Assembly: GCF_036321535.1 (NCBI RefSeq)
Contig: NC_087437.1
Coordinates: 21,764,001 to 21,828,000, forward strand
Source: Camelus dromedarius
Lineage: Eukaryota
Direction: 5' to 3'
DNA length: 64,000 bases
The notes under the pieces were generated by a model. The model had not been told where the DNA came from. It worked only from the letters and a program-made list of their open reading frames with translations, and did not search any database. Position 1 is the stretch's first letter. Every line of letters starts with the position of its first letter. The translations under genes were made by a program, and so were the position numbers. This document shows positions 57,096-64,000 of this stretch, one piece after another.

Positions 57096-60000
57096 TTGAA
57101 CTAGTTGTAGTTGAATGGATGAATATCATTTGTGCTAGAAAAGACATCCATATTTGGACTTACTAGTTGGAAATTAAACTTGCTCTCTATGTATGCTTTA
57201 TTAATCATGGTTTCTGTGAATTATATTTATCCAATAAAAGTAAAAAGCTTTAATAGCACCAGAGAAAATCCACTCTAGAACATCTATGTTTCTCATCCTT
57301 TTTCATTAAGCAGTTTTACTCTACAAGTGTAAAATGTTCATAATACATTCCACTTAGGGAGAATTCCTAAAGCAAAAATTGTGGAGTTGGGGTGGTTATG
57401 TGTTTCCTAGTGGATGAGTGGCCTTTTGAAAGGTATGCCCAGATTAAGGAGTAAAGAAAAAAAGTAAGAAAGAAAAAGATTTTATAGTTTGATCTTATTG
57501 TTTGTATAGTTGGATTTTATGTAAATTAGTTCAGTAGAGCTAGGCAAGTGCTAATTCACTTAGTGGCCACGTAATAGTGGCTGTTACTGATCTTGAAAGT
57601 GGGCCAGAATCATCTCAAAGGTAATATTGGTTCTTTTCTTTCTATAAAATTTACAAGAAAAAATGAATCGAAGTTTCCTGTGCAGTTACATAAAGTTGTC
57701 TGCCCCGCCACTCCCCGGCCAAGTAAAATTCTCGAAAAGTACACTTGTATTCTTTTTAGGCATGGAATGCTGGAATTCAGAGGTAAAGGTTAATGGAAAC
57801 AAAAGCAGCTGTAAGTGTGTTGTTTTATGAAATATTAAGCCGTTATTCTTACCACCCATGTCTTTTTCCTTTCTCATTGAGAGTTAGTGTGGTAATGAAC
57901 CACTTTTATTTGCGGGAGCCAGTGGTTTACTTCAGCTCTACTGGCTGGAGAAGGAATTAATATGTTTGTTTTGGGAGCATCTAAGCTAAATATAGTTTAC
58001 GTTAATTCACCTATTTTAAAGTAACTATTGAGTAGATGGTAGCTTTAGTATAAACCCTTTAATTTGCTGATGATCAGTCATCAGTTCTTGTGCAGAAAAA
58101 GGAAATGATGAAAGGATTCAGTCTGGATTTAGTCCCTGCCAACTTCCCTTGAAGAGCATTTTCAGGAAATTGGACTTGCAATTACTAAGTCAGGAGGACC
58201 TTCTTGAAATTTCAGCATGGGGTCAGGGGAGGGTTGGAGAGAGCAGAATTTCACCTTTATTCTTGGACTCAGTCTAATAATAGTCACCTCAGTCTAATAA
58301 TAGTCTTGTGTCACCTTTGTGGTTTGATTTGCTGCATTGTATGGAGGTTGCTTTGATGCCTGAATTCCCACTTAAAATTTGCATACCTTTGGCTAAGCAT
58401 GCTTTTAAAATGGGCAACATTTCTGGGAGAAGTAATATTAAGCTGCCGTTTTAAAACATCTTACTTAATACATTTAATGAAACTTTTAAAAAAACTATTT
58501 GAAAAGAAATTTCTGACATGTGTGGTTGAAGAGGATGGCAGTGGGAAGAAAAAGTGCAGAAAACTGGGTACTACCGAGAAGTTTTATGTTGACAAGGGGG
58601 ACCTAATGTAAAGAGGTGCTGTGGGGGGAAGAAAATTTTGCAGAAAGGAGAGGTAAGAAGGGTGCTATAGATGAAATTCTACAGACAGCTCACAAATTGT
58701 CATTAGGCATAGCATTTAAGTATTTTGTACAGGACAGTTGTCAAATCACCAGTGGAGCCATAGTGTACGGTTCACAGTTATTTTAACAAAAAAGACTTAA
58801 CTCGTCAAAATCTTGTTGGATAGTTTATAACAGACTTATTATTGAGCAGCTCTCTGCTTCATAGTACTATAATACTGGCATTTCTTTGTAGTGATCCCAC
58901 AGGTATGCTTCTTTATTTCATTTTTAATTTGCTGCTCTTTTCTGTAAGTCATCATCCAGATATATTTATCAAGCTAATTTTGTTAAGGCTCTTGGAAAGT
59001 TGCTTCATCAAAAAGTAACTGACTACATCCCTGTCCTTTGTAGATTCTTCTGTGTTGGAAATGCTCTCTTGTGCTCTTGTGAGGAGCAGTAAGGGGAAAA
59101 AAAGTATATTTGTACCTAACAGATCTGTCTCAAGGGAAGAAACAAATGATCAATTTAATTTTAATCGCCTATTTATGACTTGGAACATAGGATATTCTTA
59201 ATATACAGTCTTTGATTCTGAGCAGTTAAAAAACGTAAGCCAAGCCAAACCCTTTTACCTAGTATATTATAAACTTTGGGAAAGGGTGTTAAAAGATTAA
59301 TTTGTATTGTGTGGGTATTGTTGCAACTTAAGAAAATTCCTCTTCTTCCATGCTGCCAGTGTTATAAATATCTTCTTCATAACTGACACCACCAAATTTA
59401 ATGACACTGAGAAGTTTAAGATCTCAGAATAGTAGTTTATATGTAGAGTTCAAAAGCTATCGCTGAGAGGTGAAAGTAGTGACTTTTAGGAGCCTACACG
59501 AATTATCAGAACTAAAAGAATTCCAGTACTATATCAATTTAGTTATGAGATTCAGTGGAATTTCTTTAGATGCCAAAACTTTGTGATCTATAAAATGATG
59601 ATCAGCACTGTTATCAATAGTTTCTGTTAATTAAAAAAAAAACCTCATGTTTATTTTCTGGTCATATTTTTGCTCCATCACTAATCCTTTTATAATTTTG
59701 TAGCTTCATTTGTGTTGATCGATAGTGTATTTTTTCAGCTTTATAAATATTTATAATTTAAATGTATATGAGTTTAAATTTAAGCAACACAACAAATTCT
59801 TTATGAAACTATTGCTGCATACCTAATATTAACTAAAGTTTTATACAACTTGTAACATCACTGAGCATTGGACTGCAAGTCATTTACCAGACTCTAATTA
59901 CAAAATAAACATTGCTTCTAAGAGACTCAAGAATATGTTAATTTTTAATTTATAAACTAAGTAACTATTAAAAAATCAGCATTACCTTCTACGCTGTAAG

Positions 60001-61113
60001 TATAATTTTTTTCCTGCAGCAACAATGTCTTTGCTCTTTTGCCAGGTGATATTTATTATCATTAATAGTCTTCATTAATGGACAATTATGGTAATAATTA
60101 TCTTTTTCCAAAAATATTCAGCATACCATGTTTCCAACTCTTTAATTTTGAAGATTTCATTCACAGTAATATGATTACAAATACATTGGGGTCTATGATA
60201 AATGCTGGGTTTTGCACATTTGGTAAACTACATTTTAAATCATCTGCACTCTGAAAATCTTGTATGTATTTTTTTTTTCTTTTTAGAATTTGGTTCAAAC
60301 TAATTTGAAGTTTGCTGTAAACATTTTAATCAATACTGTCACTATTTATATTTCCATATCCAACAACTGGAATTTGATCATGTCTTTGTATTTTTTTACT
60401 TCGTAATTCTTTTTCCTCTTAATAATAAAATCTTCTGTTTTAAGTGTCTTTAGTAAAAGTTCAATTAGAATGTTGCAGTTCCCACAGCAAAAAGTTTTGT
60501 TATAGAAACTTGATTTGAAAAACTTTTCTGACAGATAAATTCTTCCATGCTTCATAACTAACTGAAAATTTAGTTACTATAAAATTAAACTGATCAATAT
60601 TAATGCTCCCATTTCAGTGGTGTTGAAATTTACCATCATATGCCAGAAAATAAAATGAGATGCCATTGTAGAAAAGGTGGAATCACCAGTTCTTCATCGA
60701 TACTATAACAGTTTTCCACTGTATTTCTCAAGGGTTTATCACAGTTGGCCAGCGTGAATTTGTTGCTAGGGATCCATGAGATTACGCTGGTATTTTTATG
60801 TACTATTTCATTTAAAAAAATTGCTCGTTAGGACTCGCTACATTGATTTCATGACTGCTAATGGGTTGCAACCTGCAGTTTGGAAAACATTGGTTTAGAA
60901 AGATCACAGTGGGTGAGTGGGAGAGTGGCAACAAGGTAAATTCAGAATGGTAGCAGGGCCAAGATCCCATAGGGCTCAGTAAGCCACAGGGAAGATTTTG
61001 GCATTTAAAGTGTAATTAAAAATCTCGAGGATTGAAAACCTGATACGATTTTAATTTTAAAATGATCACTCTGGCTGCTGGGTGGAGAGTAGACTAAAGG
61101 CATGGTGTCGGAG

Positions 61114-61443
61114 CAGGGGTGGGGAAACTGGTCCACAGGCCAAATCCACCCACCACTTGTTTTTGTAAGGCCTGTAGGCTAAGAATAGATTTTACATTTC
61201 TAATGGGAATAAATCAAAAGAAGAAGAATATTTTGTAACATGTGAACATTATATGAAATTCAAACTTGAAAGTCCATAAATAAGGTTTTATTGGAACACA
61301 TTGGAGCTTATTGTGTACGTATGGTCCATGGCCACTTTTGTGCTGCCAGAGCAGATTTGAATATTTGCAACTGGGATTGTATGGCCCACAAAGCCTAAAT
61401 TTTCACTATGTGGCCCTTTATAGAAAAAGGTTTTTGACCCCTG
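61114..61443 (+). mobile_element. MER58B-like hAT-Charlie element inserted in an L2 fragment
   Basis: TIRs caggggtggggaaact...ggtttttgacccctg; internal aataaggttttattggaacaca and tatggcccacaaagcctaaa; L2-like flanks at about 60900-61113 and 61450-61620. Confidence 0.85.
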
Positions 61444-62309
61444 TACTAGAATGTAGGCAGGTATAAAAGTAGAGAGGTTAATGCAGAGTCCAGGAGAGAG
61501 ATGATGGTGTCTTGTACTGGGGGTAGCAGTATGCAGTGGATAAAGTGGATAAATATGGGAAATATTTTGGAGAGCGGGAGCTGAGAAGTCTTGCTGTTGA
61601 ATTTGTATACTGGTGGAATTTATTGAAAAAGTTTCTTCTCAAAATAAAAAGTTTTTTTTCCTTCACTGGAAAAAAACAGCCATTGAGCTAAAAATGTAAA
61701 TGAATTATGTTACATTTCCTTCTATATGTTATATTCTAAAAGATGAAAAGTGTATGTAACTCTTAAAAGCAACTTTAGTATAAAATTTTTAAAATGTATA
61801 TGTATGCGTGACATAAGAAGGCACTGTAATCCTTACTCTATCGCTTCTTGTTATATATTTTAAATTTACTAACCTCTTCTTACATATACACTCATCCTAA
61901 ATATTGACTATTCTGGGCTTTCTGAATATAGCTTATTGTTTTAAATGACTTGCAAATATAAACTTAGGTGGAATGCTTAGAAACCACTCTAGGTTTCCTA
62001 TAGGTTCTGTGACTGGTTTGTAATTTTTCTTTTGCATGAGTGTAGCAGCTGTGGCAGGGTGGAAGTTTTTATTATTTCTAGAGGTAAAACTTATCTGGTT
62101 TTGATTTTTAAGTTTTTTTCCCCTTATATAGCCCCTGTCTGTAATGGAAATAGTCTTTGAAACCTTAAAGCTGTTGTATCTGACATTTGCAATACATTTA
62201 CTTTTTAAACAGCAAACTAAACTTTTAAAACATGTAGCAGTTGTTTTTGACCATTTGCTATATGTGAAGTTTATAAAATTTTATAAGAATTATATTTATA
62301 TACAGTGCT

Positions 62310-63560
62310 TTAGACTTTTCTGTCTCTAGCAACATGGCTAACTAGGTAATCTGAAAACTCTTCTGCTTGAGATCACCTAGAAATGCTAGCTAAAATATAA
62401 CAAACATCTATTTAAATGAACAGCTGAGCTTTCAAGAAAGTGAGGGAAGCGGATTCAAACATAAAGAAAAGACTGGATAACAGAGGAGTGTGTGAGCTGA
62501 CATTTGACTGCTCTGGGTGTGGGAGCAAGAGTTATTGGTCTGGGCATTGTAGGGATTTGAATTTTAATGCCCATATGGAAACAGGCTACAAAGCCTTGAG
62601 TTTGTACAACGTGAGAGTTTGGAACAACATCTAAGCATGAAACCAGGAGCCTTAAAGGACTACACTTTTAGAAGAGGGGTAGATGAGAAAAGAACCTGTC
62701 CATCAGCAAAGGGAGACTACAAAGAAGCTTTTAAATAAGACTTCTCTATGAATTTGTAACTATGGTTCTGCCTCTTGTTGGCCTGGGGTTTAAATTAATA
62801 CTACCTACTTCATCTGGGAAAACCTAAACTGAGAAATTAATACAAAAATGATTCATAGGGTAGCAAAATCTTTGTTACCTGGAAAAAGTTACCTGGAAAA
62901 AGCAAACAACATCCTTGGTGGGACAGATTTTCATACTAGGCTACCTAGTTTCCCATAGTTAAGCTGCATGAAGATGAGTTTGCAGTACCCAATTTAAAAA
63001 TTCAGAAGATAGCCACCCATTATCATGAGTCAGTAGACACAATAAATAGGATTAAATCCCTAAGACTGTCAGATAATTATCATATAGAGACCATAAAATA
63101 AGTATGTTTAAAAAGACTAAGAACTTAAAATAAGGAAATGAAAACAGAAGAAAATATATCAAAAGATTTGGAAATAAATTTATAGAATAAATATAGAAAG
63201 ATTTATAGAAATACAAAACATAATCATTAAAATTTTTAAAAGTAATGAGTGGCTTCATCAGCAGAACTAGTTGAAGGAGGAATAAGTGACTGGACGAGAA
63301 ATCAAAAGTTATCCAGAATGCAGGAAAGAGAGTGAGAAAGAGGAAATATAAGACATCTTTAGAGACACAGAAGTTGGAGTGGGACGATCTAAAATGATGT
63401 CTAAAGAAGTTCCAAAAGGAGAAAAAACAGTATAGGATGAAGCAATATTTGAAGAGATAATGGCTGAAAATATTGCATTTTGATGAAGAGATTCAGAGAG
63501 CCTAGTGAATTCCGGGCAGGATAAATAAAAAACTAATCCTCACCTAGATATATCATTAAA
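62310..63560 (+). mobile_element. Ancient L1 5' region/ORF1 remnant
   Basis: gcaatatttgaagagataatggctgaaaat...caggataaataaaaaa..cacctagatatatcatt resembles the L1 ORF1 segment IFEEIMAEN...RIN.K..PR.II. Confidence 0.65.
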
Positions 63561-63804
63561 CCAAAGAAAATACATCAGGAGTTTTTACGGGTAGCATCCT
63601 CTTCCAACTAAGATACTGAAATAAATTCGTCTGAAATAAGGTTTTCAAGTTATTTTCCAATAGTGACAAATCTGTATGTTCACTATCATTTCAACTTGTG
63701 ACTAAGAAATTCACTTTGTGAATTGCTTGATAAGTTTTTGTCATGGAGCATTAGTATCTAAATATTAATTAGTGCTATGAGGAAAATAATTTCTTTTTGA
63801 CTAG

Positions 63805-64000
63805 TTTTCTTTTTTTAATGTATTTTATTTCTTAAATTGAAGTACAGTCAGTTGCAATGCGTCACTCTCTGGTGTACAGCACAATGTCCCAGTCATGCAT
63901 ATACATGCGTATATTCGTTTACTTTTTTTTTTCCACTAGGGATTATTACAAAATATTGAACATAGTTCCCTGTGCTATACGGAAGAAGCTTTTTTTTTTT
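63805..64000 (-). mobile_element. Young L1 3' end, runs off the window
   Basis: aattgaagtacagtcagtt..tctggtgtacagcac..atattgaacatagttccctgtgctatac. Confidence 0.85.

Overview
Mammalian genomic DNA, AT-rich and repeat-dense. It is probably from a camelid (inference): the young SINEs are tRNA-Ala-derived and resemble the vic-1 family. The window holds the complete coding region of PLS1 (plastin-1/I-plastin/fimbrin) on the + strand. I reconstructed by hand 15 coding exons from 7586 to 49618, all with GT-AG introns. They total 1893 nt, giving an intact 630-aa protein with 2 EF-hands and 4 CH domains. The non-coding first exon(s) were not identified and probably lie upstream of the window. About 2.5 kb past the PLS1 3' UTR is a CpG-island promoter and exon 1 of TRPC1 (+ strand), followed by about 9 kb of TRPC1 intron 1. 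Introns contain L1, L2, MIR, MaLR, MER2, MER5 and MER58 relics and five tRNA-derived SINEs, four with clear target-site duplications. The strongest non-annotated signal is in the TRPC1 leader: the frame is open for 154 codons upstream of the usual AUG, and a CUG in perfect Kozak context (GCCGCC-CTG-G, 54290) would add 101 aa. Two out-of-frame AUGs and a six-run G-quadruplex motif lie between that CUG and the AUG. Secondary candidates are an internal TATA/Inr/donor mini-exon in PLS1 intron 2, a phase-compatible PLS1-TRPC1 read-through acceptor, and a SINE with a long 3' extension. Most ORFs in the supplied track are spurious. Repeat family names and orthologue comparisons come from recalled consensus sequences, not from searches.
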